64,000 nucleotides of DNA. Source: Candidatus Latescibacterota bacterium (GTDB lineage: Bacteria > Latescibacterota > UBA2968 > UBA8231). Positions 54,318 through 64,000 of this stretch are shown here, one piece after another. The translations under genes and the position numbers were made by a program. The notes under the pieces are model-generated. The model saw only the letters and a list, made by a program, of their open reading frames with translations, did no database searches and was not told the DNA's origin. The stretch's first letter is position 1. Each line of letters begins with the position of its first letter. The stretch spans positions 501,731 through 565,730 of the forward strand of contig OZ242318.1 of the NCBI GenBank assembly GCA_965208105.1, written 5' to 3'.

Positions 54318-55577
54318 TCAGTTCCGGCGCTGAAGAATGGCGAAGTGGACCTCGGAGTAATCCCGGGAGAAGCAGCCGGTTCCCTTGACCCCGCGGGTCC
54401 AGGTCAGCGCCGGCGCCTCGGGCGCCTCCTGGTGAAAGCTCGAAACCATCTCCAGGGAGGGCTGCCAGCAGGGCAGCCGATCTCCGCGCCTGGAGATCTG
54501 GCTGGCGCTGAAGTTGCGCCCGCCGTCCTCCGAAAACAGGAGCACCACCTCGGCGCCATCCGATCCCCAATCGCCCACCTTAGCCGATGTCTGCAGGGCG
54601 ATGTAGAGGCCGCCGTGGCGATCGAAGGTGAGCGTGCCGTCGGCGGCGATGAACCCCTCCGGCCTGACCTGGCGCACCTCCTCCAGAAGGAGCCTCCTGT
54701 TCCAGCAGCGGCCATCGTGCCACAGGAGCAGGGCGTCGCCGTCCTCCCGGTCCACTACGATGGTGTAGGGGCGGTCGCTGCTGTCGCATGCCACGTTGGT
54801 GACCCTGATGTATCCCTGCTCCACCTCTTCGAGGACCTCGAAAGTATTCTTTCCAGTTGGAATGGGAACCTGCTCGCCGTCGCTTCTGGTCCAGGTGGAT
54901 CCGGCGCTTTCGGAGCGCAGATAGCCGACCCGAAGACCGCGCTCGACCGGGTGTCCTTCAATCATGTGAAAAACCATGTGAATACGGTTGCGGCGGTCGA
55001 TGCACAGCGAGTTGCCGTACTGGGTGTAGCCGTAGGGCTCCTCGGTGCGCACGAGCTCGGCGGCGGGCAGCCAGTCTCCCCCCTCTGCGCGGGCGCGCTG
55101 GTACATCAGGTGGGAAGCGGGGGCGTGCTCCATCCATTCGACCTTGGAGGCGCAGCCGCGGTAGGCCAGGTGCAACTGGTCGTCGCGGTCGCAGACGAGG
55201 CTGGGATAGGTGGGCCCGTCGCCGACGGGCCTGTAGTGCTGCCACTCCGACTGATCCATCGGGTCGCGGCTTCGGCGGTGTTGAAAGGGACTGAAGCCAT
55301 GGGAACCGGTGACCACGTGGAGGTAGCCGGAACTGTCCATGGCGAGGGCGGGACCGCAGTGATTGTCCACCCCGCAGCCCACGGTGTCGGTGTCGCTCCA
55401 GTCGCCGGTGGCGCGGTCGAGGGTTTTGATCTGGTTGGCGGCGAGATAATCCTGCCAGGTGACGAAGGTCCTGCCCTCCTGGGTCAGGATCTTGCTGGTC
55501 CAGTTGTAGAGGGTCGCCCTGGTGGATCCTCTCGTCGAAAGGAGGGTGTGGGAAACAAGGTCTACGGCCGTGGACAT
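54318..55577 (-). CDS. BNR-4 / sialidase-like beta-propeller family protein (tentative)
   Basis: 419 aa. VDNHCGPALAMDSSGYLHVVTGSHG, SESAGSTWTRSDG and FSEDGGRNFS are BNR/Asp-box-like. Confidence 0.5.
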   Translation of the reverse strand: MSTAVDLVSHTLLSTRGSTRATLYNWTSKILTQEGRTFVTWQDYLAANQIKTLDRATGDWSDTDTVGCGVDNHCGPALAMDSSGYLHVVTGSHGFSPFQHRRSRDPMDQSEWQHYRPVGDGPTYPSLVCDRDDQLHLAYRGCASKVEWMEHAPASHLMYQRARAEGGDWLPAAELVRTEEPYGYTQYGNSLCIDRRNRIHMVFHMIEGHPVERGLRVGYLRSESAGSTWTRSDGEQVPIPTGKNTFEVLEEVEQGYIRVTNVACDSSDRPYTIVVDREDGDALLLWHDGRCWNRRLLLEEVRQVRPEGFIAADGTLTFDRHGGLYIALQTSAKVGDWGSDGAEVVLLFSEDGGRNFSASQISRRGDRLPCWQPSLEMVSSFHQEAPEAPALTWTRGVKGTGCFSRDYSEVHFAILQRRN

Positions 55578-55843
55578 GGGCTCAACTCCTGGGCAGCGGG
55601 GCGGTTGAGTGGTGGCTGCGGACCAGCCCCGCGGCCTGGAACAGGTAAGGTATCAACCCATACCAGGCAAGCGGGCAATACCGGAAGCAGGGGAATTATA
55701 CAGGCAGCATTACACCTGGTCAAGGAGATGGGGCCGGTGGTCCGCACATTCAGGGAGAGGTAGCCCCGCATCTTGCAGCCGGGTTGGGGCCTGGGTATTT
55801 TACCCCTTCCCGCACACCCGATAGAGGACAGAGGAAAGAGGAA

Positions 55844-57643
55844 ATGTCTGATTTTACCACCCGACCGGTCATCATGGGCACCCGCGGGCTCGTTGCCTCG
55901 GGCCACTACCTGGCCACCGCCGCCGGCTTCCGGATCATGGAGCAGGGTGGCAACGCCATCGACGCGGCGGCGGCCATGTGCTTCTGCCTCAATCTCCTCG
56001 AGCCCCAGAGCAACGGCATCGGTGGAGAGGTCCCGACCCTTGTCTTCTCCGCCGAGGAGAATAAGGCATTTGCCGTCAGCGGCATGGGCTGGTCGCCCAT
56101 GGCCTTCACCACGGACTGGTGCCGCGAGCACGGCATCGACCTCATTCCGGGAGACGGCTACCTGCCGGCCTGCGTCCCAGCGGTGGTGGGAACCTGGGCA
56201 GTGGCGGTGGCGCGCTTCGGCACCATGAGCTTCGCCCAGGTCCTGCAGCCGGCCATCGAGCTGGCCCGAAACGGGTTTCCGATATACCCGGGCCTGCACC
56301 AGACGCTGGCGAATCTGCAGGCCAGGTTCACAGAGCGCTATCCCACCAGCGCCGAGATCTACTGCCCGGGGGGAAGGGTGCCGCAGGTCGGCGAGATCCT
56401 GCGCAACGCCGACCTGGCGGGGGTCCTGGAGCAGATGTGCAGAGCAGAGGAAGGGGCGGGGCACAAGGGCCGGGTTGCCGGGATCGAGGCGGCCTGCGCC
56501 ATGTTCTACCGGGGTGAGATCGCCGCCGCCATGGTCGATTTCATCAGCGCCAATCCGGTGGAGGACGCCAGCGGCTCGGCCCACGCGGGGCTGCTCTCCT
56601 GCGATGATTTGGCGGCGTGGGAGGCCCGGGTGGAGGATCCCCTCGTCTTCAACTATCGCGGCCTGGACGTCTGCAAGTGCCCGTCGTGGACCCAGGGACC
56701 GGTGTTCCTGCAGCAGCTGGCCATGCTGCAGGGATTCGATCTGCAAGAAATGGGCCACAACTCCACCGAGTATCTGCACACCTGCATCGAGTGCGCCAAG
56801 CTCGCCTATGCCGACCGCGAGGCCTACTACGGTGACCCGGTCTTCGACGAAGTCCCCCTGGATGTCCTGCTGTCACCGGAATACGGCGCTGAGCGGCGCC
56901 AGCTTATAGGAGCCGAGGCTTCCGGACTGATGCGGCCGGGCGACACCGGGGGCGGGGTGCCCTCCCATGCACTGGAGGAGGTGGCCGATGACAACCGCCG
57001 CGCCCTGGAGCTGGAGGCGCGCCAGGTGCGCGACCTCGGCATAGGCCATGCCCACATGGGGGACACCACCCATCTGGACGCCGTGGACCGGCAGGGCAAC
57101 ATGGTGGCGGCGACCCCGAGCGGAGGCTGGATCGGAACTTCCCCCGTGATCGAAGGACTGGGATTCCCGCTGGGCACGCGGGGACAGATGTTCTACCTCA
57201 ACCCCCGGCGGCCCAACGCCCTCGAGCCGCGCAAGCGCCCGCGTGCCACCCTGACCCCTTCCCTGGTGTTGCGGGACGGACAACCCTTCATGGTTTTCGG
57301 CACCCCGGGCGGCGATATCCAGGACCAGGTGACCCTGCAGTTTTTCCTGAACTACGTCGAGTTCGGCATGAACCTCCAGGAGGCCCTGGACGCGCCGACG
57401 GCCTACACCGCCCACTTCCCCTCTTCCTTCTATCCGCGCCGGGCATTTCCCGGAAAGGTCGTGGTCGAGGGGCGAATCGATCCCGGGGTGGTCGCCGGGC
57501 TGGCACGCCGCGGCCACCAGGTAGAGGTGGGAGGCGACTGGTCACAGGGCAAGGTCATGGGTATCCGCTGCGACCGCGACCGCGGGGTCATGGAGGGAGG
57601 GGTGTCCCCCAGGGGCAACATTGGCTACGCCCTGGGCTGGTAG
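55844..57643 (+). CDS. ggt: gamma-glutamyltransferase family protein
   Basis: VASGHYLATAAGFRIMEQGGNAIDAAAA. Autoprocessing nucleophile context MGDTTHLDAVD. GTPGGDIQ near the C-terminus. Confidence 0.85.
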   Translation: MSDFTTRPVIMGTRGLVASGHYLATAAGFRIMEQGGNAIDAAAAMCFCLNLLEPQSNGIGGEVPTLVFSAEENKAFAVSGMGWSPMAFTTDWCREHGIDLIPGDGYLPACVPAVVGTWAVAVARFGTMSFAQVLQPAIELARNGFPIYPGLHQTLANLQARFTERYPTSAEIYCPGGRVPQVGEILRNADLAGVLEQMCRAEEGAGHKGRVAGIEAACAMFYRGEIAAAMVDFISANPVEDASGSAHAGLLSCDDLAAWEARVEDPLVFNYRGLDVCKCPSWTQGPVFLQQLAMLQGFDLQEMGHNSTEYLHTCIECAKLAYADREAYYGDPVFDEVPLDVLLSPEYGAERRQLIGAEASGLMRPGDTGGGVPSHALEEVADDNRRALELEARQVRDLGIGHAHMGDTTHLDAVDRQGNMVAATPSGGWIGTSPVIEGLGFPLGTRGQMFYLNPRRPNALEPRKRPRATLTPSLVLRDGQPFMVFGTPGGDIQDQVTLQFFLNYVEFGMNLQEALDAPTAYTAHFPSSFYPRRAFPGKVVVEGRIDPGVVAGLARRGHQVEVGGDWSQGKVMGIRCDRDRGVMEGGVSPRGNIGYALGW

Positions 57644-57651
57644 GGCGAGGC

Positions 57652-57680
57652 TTGACAGTACGGGAAGTTGGATCTAATTT
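57652..57680 (+). promoter_or_regulatory. sigma-70-like promoter upstream of the thrS leader
   Basis: TTGACA (57652-57657), 17-nt spacer, TAATTT (57675-57680). Confidence 0.5.
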
Positions 57681-57879
57681 TTTGAGGATTGTCACTCAAC
57701 CTGGAGGTATCCTTCCGATGTTCGCTCTCTCTCCGGTCGCGCCGCCCCCGTCCTGGCAGCGCTTGGTTGTCGCCCCGGCGGAGGCGTCGTCTGCCCCATC
57801 CACCTCCCGCCTCGCAACTGCGACGTCATACCCTGGAGACAGCTGAACTGGACAGACTATCTTTTGCATCGGTCATTTC

Positions 57880-57918
57880 GAGCCCACTGTCTTGCGGCAG
57901 TGGGCTCTTTTTGGTTTT
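57880..57918 (+). terminator. intrinsic terminator-like hairpin 20 nt upstream of the thrS start
   Basis: GAGCCCACTG-tcttgcgg-CAGTGGGCTC (perfect 10-bp stem) followed by TTTTTGGTTTT. Confidence 0.7.
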
Positions 57919-57938
57919 GAACCGCCTGGAGAAACGAA

Positions 57939-59861
57939 ATGATTATCATACTTCCTGAAGGAAAAAGGCTGGAGCACGAGGGCGGCGGCACGCTGAAGGA
58001 AATCCTGCTCGCCGAAGACAGAAAGCTGCTCAAGTCCTTCGTCGGCGCCCTGCGCGGCGGCGAGCGCATCGATTTTCACGCCCACCTGCCGGCCGATGCC
58101 GAGGTGGAACTGATTCCCTGGGACGGCGAGGAGGCGGCATGGATCTTCCGTCACAGCATGGCCCACGTCCTCGCCCAGGCCGTCCTGCGCCTCTTTCCCG
58201 CCGCCAGGCTGGCCATAGGTCCGGCCATCGCCGACGGCTTCTACTACGATTTTGACGTGGACACTCCTTTCACCCCGGAGGATTTGCGGAGGATCGAAAA
58301 GGAGATGAAGCGGGTCGTCAGGGAAAACCACAAGTTCGAGCGCTCTGAAGTAACCCGGGAAGAGGCCCGGTCCCTGGTCGGCGACGACCCCTACAAAGTC
58401 GAGCTCCTCGCCGACATCGAGGAGGGCCAGCCCCTGTCCTTCTACCGCGACGGAGAATTCGTCGACCTCTGCCGCGGACCGCACATGCTGGGCACCGGCC
58501 AGATCAGGAACTTCAAGCTGCTCAGCGTCGCCGGCGCCTACTGGCGCGGAGACGAAAACCGCAAGATGCTGCAGCGCATATACGGAACAGCCTTCGCCAC
58601 CCGCGAAGCCCTGGACCGCCATCTGCGCCTCTTGGAAGAAGCGAAGAAGCGCGACCACCGGCGGCTGGGCCAGGAGCTGGAGCTGTTCATCTTCGACGAC
58701 GAGATTGGACCTGGCCTTCCCCTGTGGCAGCCGCGGGGGGCGGTGCTGATCGAAGAGCTGGAGCAGCTGGCCAAGGAGACCGAGCGCAATGCCGGCTACA
58801 AGCAGGTGCGCACTCCCCATATCTGCAAGGACGTGGTCTACGAGCGCACCGGCCACCTGCCCTACTACGCCGAATCCATGTACCCGCCCATGGAAATGGA
58901 GGGGGTGAAGTACTACCTGAAGCCGATGAACTGCCCACACCATCACAAGATCTATGCCTCCATGCCGCGCTCCTACCGCGATCTGCCCCTGCGGCTCTCC
59001 GAGTACGGCACCTGTTACCGCTACGAGAAGTCCGGGGAGCTCTTCGGTTTGATGAGGGTGCGCTCCATGCAGATGAACGACGCCCACATCTACTGCACGC
59101 TGGACCAGTTCGAGGAGGAATTTCTAGCCGTATGCCGCATGTACCTGGACTATTTCGAACTCCTGGGGATCGACAAATACCTGATGCGCTTCAGCACCCA
59201 CGACCCGGCAGGCCTCGGCAGGAAGTACGTGGACGAGCCCCGGTTGTGGAGGCGCACCGAGGACATGGTGCGGCACACTCTCGACAAGGGCGGCATCAAC
59301 CATGTGGAGGTCGCCGGCGAGGCCGCCTTCTACGGTCCCAAGATCGATGTCGAGGTGTGGAGTGCCATCGGGCGCGAGTTCTCTCTTTCGACCAACCAGG
59401 TGGACTTCGCCGTGCCCAGGCGGGTCGGACTGGTCTATACCAATGACCGCGGCGAGGAGGAAACCCCCTTGTGCATCCACCGCGCCCTGCTGGGCACACA
59501 CGAGCGCACCATCGGATTCTTGATCGAGCACTACGGCGGCGCTTTTCCGGTGTGGCTGGCGCCGGTACAGGCGGTGGTGCTGCCCATCGCCGCCCGCCAT
59601 CAGGACTACGCCGGCCAGGTGCACCAGCAGTTGCTGGCCGCGAATGTCCGCGCCGAGATCGAGGGAGACAATACTCTCAACTACCGCATCCGCCGCGCCC
59701 AGATGCTGAAGGTGCCCTACATGATGGTGGTCGGAGACCGCGAAATGGAGAAGGAACAGGTGTCCGTGCGCCTGCGCTCAGGCCAAAACCTGGAGGCCCG
59801 GTCCACCGCCGAGATCATCGCCATGATCGCCGGCAAGATAGCCGCGCGTGAGCAGAATTGA
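57939..59861 (+). CDS. thrS: threonyl-tRNA synthetase
   Basis: 640 aa. TGS-like N-terminus. HSMAHVLAQAV, class II motifs (RVRSMQMNDAHIY, GEAAFYGPKID), anticodon-binding C-terminus. Confidence 0.95.
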   Translation: MIIILPEGKRLEHEGGGTLKEILLAEDRKLLKSFVGALRGGERIDFHAHLPADAEVELIPWDGEEAAWIFRHSMAHVLAQAVLRLFPAARLAIGPAIADGFYYDFDVDTPFTPEDLRRIEKEMKRVVRENHKFERSEVTREEARSLVGDDPYKVELLADIEEGQPLSFYRDGEFVDLCRGPHMLGTGQIRNFKLLSVAGAYWRGDENRKMLQRIYGTAFATREALDRHLRLLEEAKKRDHRRLGQELELFIFDDEIGPGLPLWQPRGAVLIEELEQLAKETERNAGYKQVRTPHICKDVVYERTGHLPYYAESMYPPMEMEGVKYYLKPMNCPHHHKIYASMPRSYRDLPLRLSEYGTCYRYEKSGELFGLMRVRSMQMNDAHIYCTLDQFEEEFLAVCRMYLDYFELLGIDKYLMRFSTHDPAGLGRKYVDEPRLWRRTEDMVRHTLDKGGINHVEVAGEAAFYGPKIDVEVWSAIGREFSLSTNQVDFAVPRRVGLVYTNDRGEEETPLCIHRALLGTHERTIGFLIEHYGGAFPVWLAPVQAVVLPIAARHQDYAGQVHQQLLAANVRAEIEGDNTLNYRIRRAQMLKVPYMMVVGDREMEKEQVSVRLRSGQNLEARSTAEIIAMIAGKIAAREQN

Positions 59862-60042
59862 GAGGGCCGCGCCTTCATCGGGGTACTTCCGCCGGAGCGG
59901 CTGAGTCAGCTGGCACTTGCCCTGGGCAGATTAGCTCGAGCTCCATGCCCGCGAATCTACCGGGGACCTCCCAGGTCTTGTGCGGCTTTCCAGGTATCTC
60001 GACGGATCTTAGATTGATGCGAATACCCGCGGTTCCCCAGCC

Positions 60043-61113
60043 ATGAAGAGAGTCCCGTATTTTGCACCGCCGGACCTGCCTGCGCCGCAGCTGGTGAATC
60101 GGATCCTCAGCTTCGCCAGCTGCGCCGCGACCGCATGTGTTCTCGCCCTGGTGCTCATCTCCGGCACCCCCCTTCCCGGTCTCCCCTCCCCAACCGATGC
60201 GCAGGTCCTCACCCGGATCGCCCTCGGCTCGTGCAGCAAGGAAGACCTCGAGCAGCCCCTGTGGGAGGCCGTCCTCCGCAGCCAGCCGGAGCTGTGGATC
60301 TGGCTGGGAGACATCGTCTATGCAGACACCGAGGACATGGAGGTCATGCGCCGCAAATACGAGAGGCTGAAGCAACGTCCACAGTATCTATTGCTGCTGC
60401 GATCCTGTCCGGTGATAGGGGTCTGGGACGATCATGACTACGGCGAGAACAACGCCGGCAAGGACTACCTAAAAAAGGCGCAAAGCCAGCAGGTCCTGCT
60501 CGACTTCCTCGACGAGCCGGAGGACAGTCCCAGGCGGAGCCGGGAGGGAGTTTACGCCTCCTATACCTGGGGACCCGCGGGCAGGCAGGTAAAAACGATC
60601 CTCCTGGACACCCGCTACCACCGCGACCCGCCCGGAGTCGATGGTGACGTCCTGGGACCGGAGCAGTGGTCCTGGCTTGAGAAGGAACTGCTCAACAGCG
60701 ATGCCCAGGTACATCTCATCGGATCCAGCATCCAGGTGCTGGCGGAGGAGCACCCCTACGAGAAGTGGGCGAATTTCCCCCGATCGAGAGAGAGGGTGCT
60801 GCAGTTGATCGGGAGCACCCGGGCAAAGGGGGTGATATTCCTCAGCGGAGACCGCCACATCGCCGAGATCGCCAGGTTGAACCACCCTGCCATTGACTAC
60901 CCGCTCCACGAGCTTACCTCGAGCGGCATGACCCACAGCTATGCCAGCCTCCGGGACGAGCCCAACCGCCATCGCCTGGGGACCTTCTTCAACCAGCTCA
61001 ACTTCGGCCTCGTCGAAATCGACTGGCTGCCGGAGAAGGTGGCGGTTCACCTGCAGATCCGCGACCGCCAGGGCGCCGTCGCCCGACAGCAGATCATCGA
61101 GTGGGTGCGATGA
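60043..61113 (+). CDS. PhoD-like alkaline phosphatase / metallophosphatase family protein
   Basis: IALGSCSKEDLEQPLWEAV, WIWLGDIVYAD, GVWDDHDYGENNAG, FLSGDRHIAE. Confidence 0.8.
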   Translation: MKRVPYFAPPDLPAPQLVNRILSFASCAATACVLALVLISGTPLPGLPSPTDAQVLTRIALGSCSKEDLEQPLWEAVLRSQPELWIWLGDIVYADTEDMEVMRRKYERLKQRPQYLLLLRSCPVIGVWDDHDYGENNAGKDYLKKAQSQQVLLDFLDEPEDSPRRSREGVYASYTWGPAGRQVKTILLDTRYHRDPPGVDGDVLGPEQWSWLEKELLNSDAQVHLIGSSIQVLAEEHPYEKWANFPRSRERVLQLIGSTRAKGVIFLSGDRHIAEIARLNHPAIDYPLHELTSSGMTHSYASLRDEPNRHRLGTFFNQLNFGLVEIDWLPEKVAVHLQIRDRQGAVARQQIIEWVR

Positions 61114-61820
61114 TGGCGGTGTTTCAGCGAATCCGCTCCGTTCTCGGCCTCTGTTGGCATTTCCGCTATTACTTCGCGGCAGCCTTCCTGGCGCTGGCCT
61201 TCTGGGACACCCTGCTGATCAAGCCCTTCCGGCTCTTCGTGGTCCTCGTGCACGAGGTATGTCACGCCGCTGCCGCCCTCGCCACCGGAGGAGCGGTGAT
61301 CGAGATGCGCACCAATCTGGACGAAAGCGGCCACACCCTTACCGAGGGCGGCTTCTTTCCCCTGATCAGCAGCGCCGGCTACGTGGGCTCCGCGCTGGCA
61401 GGGGCGTTGCTGATCTATACCGGGATCAGGCCCGGTTTGCAGCGCCTGGCCCTCGTCCTGGTGGGAGCGGCGTGCGCCGGCATGACCCTGGTTTACACAC
61501 CTCGCGGAGGGGTGGATTTCTACCTGGGCATCTTCGGGGGCCTGGCCCTGGTGTTCCTTGCCCTGAAATCGCGGCGCGGAGCCCGGGCCGGTGCCGTGTG
61601 GATGGGGATCATGCTGTGCCTCTACAGCCTCCATGATTTTCGCACCGATCTGTGGCTTCACCCCGAAATGACGGACGCCGGAATCCTGGCGCGCTATTGG
61701 GGCTGGTTCTGGGCCTGGCCCCTGGGACCCTACCTGGTCGCCGCGGTCTGGGTGGGGTTCTCCCTTTTCTGCATGTACCGCGCCATGCGCGCACTGGTCC
61801 GCCGGCAGGGCTCCCGCTGA
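61101..61820 (+). CDS. M50B-like membrane metallopeptidase family protein
   Basis: VLVHEVCHAAAALATGG (HExxH within a TM region). 6-7 TM helices. Confidence 0.65.
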   Translation: MGAMMAVFQRIRSVLGLCWHFRYYFAAAFLALAFWDTLLIKPFRLFVVLVHEVCHAAAALATGGAVIEMRTNLDESGHTLTEGGFFPLISSAGYVGSALAGALLIYTGIRPGLQRLALVLVGAACAGMTLVYTPRGGVDFYLGIFGGLALVFLALKSRRGARAGAVWMGIMLCLYSLHDFRTDLWLHPEMTDAGILARYWGWFWAWPLGPYLVAAVWVGFSLFCMYRAMRALVRRQGSR

Positions 61821-61914
61821 GACCGGCACGAGGCTCTTCCTTGACAGAGCAAGGCCGGGAAAGGAGCTTCCCCTGCTCCCGTGCACGACGGATAGAAAGC
61901 CTTGAGCCTGCACC

Positions 61915-64000
61915 TTGAATCTTCCCTCGTCCATCATTAAAACCTCGGCTGTGTTGGCGCTGCTGACCCCTGTCCTGGCGCGGGCCACTCCCGAGGTCGA
62001 GGCCCGGCGCACCCTCGCGCCTCCCGGCATCGACGGCCGCCTCGACGATGCCGTCTGGCTTCAGGCCCCGCCCATGTCCTCCTTTTTTCAGCGCGAGCCG
62101 CTGGAAGGGGCCCCTCCCAGCGAGCGGACCCAGGTCCGCATCCTCTTCGACGACGACCATCTATACCTCGGCCTGCGCTGCTTCGACAGCCAGCCCCTCC
62201 GCCTGGTGGCCAACCACATGCGGCGCGACGCCGACCTTGAGGAGAACGACAACATCCAGATAATCCTCGATCCCTTCAACGACCGCCGCGGCGGATTTTT
62301 CTTCAGCATCAATCCCCTGGGAGCGCGCCAGGACCTGCTGCTCACCGACGAGGGCCGAACCCGCAACCTGGCCTGGGACGGGGTCTGGCAGGGCAGCACC
62401 TCCATCGACAGCCTGGGCTGGAGCGCCGAAGTGGCCATCCCTTTCGACCAGCTGCGCTACCCTGACACGGAAGAGGGGGTTTGGGGCATCAACATCGGCC
62501 GCGCCATCCGCCGCAAAAACGAGGAGGTCTTCATCGCCCCTCCACCCCAGTCCTTCGGTTTCAGGGGACGCTACCGGACCTCGCGCCTCGCCGCCCTGAA
62601 GGGACTGGGCAAGCTTCGGAGCCGCCCGCCCCTGGTTCTGGTCCCCTACCTGCTGAGCGCCACGCGGAGGGACATCAGCGCCGGCAACTCCGCCGAGAAC
62701 AACCTGGACCCGGGGCTGGACATCAAGTACGGTCTCTCCCCCTCCCTGACTCTGGACCTGTCCTACAAGACCGACTTCGCCCAGGTGGAAGCCGACCAGG
62801 AGCAGGTCAACCTTACCCGGTTCAGCCTCTTCTTTCCCGAAAAGAGGGATTTCTTCCTCGAAGGATCGGGAATTTTCGAATTCGGCGAGCGGGTCGAGAG
62901 GCAGGGCCGCGGAGGCCGGCCGCCAACCATTCTTTTTTACAGCCGCCGCATCGGCATCGAGGAGGGACATATTCTGCCGGTGGTGGCAGGAGGCAAGTTT
63001 ACCGGCCGTGCGGGACCCTACCAGGTGGGCACCCTGCGCATGACCACCCGGGCCATGACCTTCGTGGAGGAAGCCGAGGAGGACCGCTTCGTCACCGCGG
63101 AAGGCGAACTGCTCGACGCCGCGCAGGTGGAGTCGAGCGAGGACAGCATCGTCGATACCTTGCAGTTTGATGTCCCCGACACCCTGCAGGTCGCCCGGAC
63201 CGACTTCACCGTTCTGCGCCTCAAGCGCGACTTCCTGGGCAGCTCGAACCTCGGCTTCATCGCCGTCGACAAGCAGCCCGGGTCCGCGGCCGCCTACAAC
63301 CGCACCGCCGGCGTGGACTTCAACCTGTCCCTGATGCAGGCCTCCTTCAACCTGCGCGGCTATGCCGCCAGGACATGGGATCCCGATTTGGATGGCCGCG
63401 ACGGATCCGGGTTGGTGGAGCTGGACTACCGCCGAGGCCGGTTCGAGACCCGCCTGGGCTACCTGGACGTAGAAGAAAACTTCTCGCCCGAGGTCGGATT
63501 CGTTCCTCGCAGCGGCATACGCCGCTTCAAGGGAAGCTGGCGCTACCGGCCGCGGCCGGCCACCGAGTGGATCCGCCTGGTCTCCATGGGACCCCGCATC
63601 ACCCACCTGAACCGACCAGGACAACTCCCTGCAGAGCCGCGACATGGAACTCTCCGCCTTCGTCAACCTGGAATCAGGCGACTGGTTCGGAGGCCGGGTG
63701 AAGCGGCGCTACGAGCACCTCGACGAGCCCTTCTCCATCCACGACGGCCACGACATTCCCCCGGGCTCCTACGAATTCGACACCTACCAGATCAACCTCA
63801 TCGCCGATCGGAGCCGACGTCTCGCAGGCCGGACTGTCTGTGCCTACGGCGGCTTCTTCAACGGCACGCGCCTTCGCCTGTCCCTCGAGTCGGTCTGGCG
63901 CCCTCTCGCCCGCCTGGGCCTGGAGAGCAGATACGAATTCAACCACATCAGCCTGCCCGACGGCGCCTTCGACACCCACCTGCTGGGACAGCGGTTCCAT
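61915..64000 (+). pseudogene. CBM9-like + DUF5916-family outer-membrane protein gene with a +1 frameshift at about 63610; 3' end beyond the window
   Basis: Not in the ORF track as one ORF. My translation from TTG 61915 begins (M)NLPSSIIKTSAVLALLTPVLARA (signal peptide). It contains PPGIDGRLDDAVWLQAPPMSSFFQREPLEGAPPSERTQVRILFDDDHLYLGLRC (CBM9-like). After ...GPRITHL (63609) the protein-like sequence continues only in the +1 frame (TDQDNSLQSRDMELSAFVNLESGDWFGGRVKRRYEHLDEPFSIHDGHDIPPGSYEF...), which has a TGA just upstream. The original frame becomes Arg/Pro-rich. Confidence 0.7.

Noticed and set aside
57652-57938. T-box riboswitch or Thr-codon leader peptide upstream of thrS
   Set aside because: No GGUGGNACCGCG-type T-box sequence is present. 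The small ORF has only scattered Thr codons with no run, so neither classical mechanism is supported. I kept it only as a generic leader/terminator observation.
55562-63666. Long minus-strand ORFs 55562..56779, 57873..59087 and 62161..63666
   Set aside because: They are antisense to ggt, thrS and the CBM9/DUF5916 gene respectively. These are typical high-GC antisense open frames with no motifs.

Overview
High-GC bacterial chromosome segment from a diderm organism. G+C is about 60-65% on the 60-nt lines I counted by hand; exact values need computing. Core genes: GH29 fucosidase, a CUT1-type sugar ABC transporter, a pabB-pabC fusion, a DegT aminotransferase, glnB-glnE, a glycan-modification block (rfbA, PIG-L, WbqC, GT4), GGT, thrS and a PhoD-like phosphatase.

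Between about 6.3 and 32.8 kb lies a ~26.5-kb accessory segment. It is bracketed by two diverged direct copies of a tautomerase-like gene, and it separates the ABC transporter ATPase genes from the permease/SBP genes. The accessory segment carries:
(i) higBA, with a frameshifted toxin gene.
(ii) An IS701-like element interrupted 25 bp from its left inverted repeat by a group II intron.
(iii) A PAS histidine kinase / LuxR-type response regulator pair.
(iv) A TolC-like gene, two paralogous coiled-coil + NEW3-domain C-terminally anchored proteins, and an ABC-2-type ATPase.
(v) A recombination scar: permease stub, kinase tail and a REC-only regulator.
(vi) A visibly lower-GC 13-kb operon (18.86-32.08 kb).

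The operon encodes a 52-aa Cys-rich peptide with four consecutive C-X3-S pentads, a radical SAM/SPASM maturase, an S8 protease fused to a P-loop domain, an ACP-like protein, an S41/PDZ protease, three tandem ABC-2 permease paralogs, an ABC exporter and an orphan protein. A conserved ~80-bp palindrome-plus-promoter module occurs three times: upstream of the ATPase, upstream of the peptide operon, and at the operon's far end. It ties these parts together.

The peptide operon and its regulatory and export context are my main candidate for an uncharacterised system (RiPP-like). Many long ORFs in the supplied track are antisense or out-of-frame shadows typical of high-GC DNA and were rejected. No tRNA, rRNA or CRISPR array was seen.
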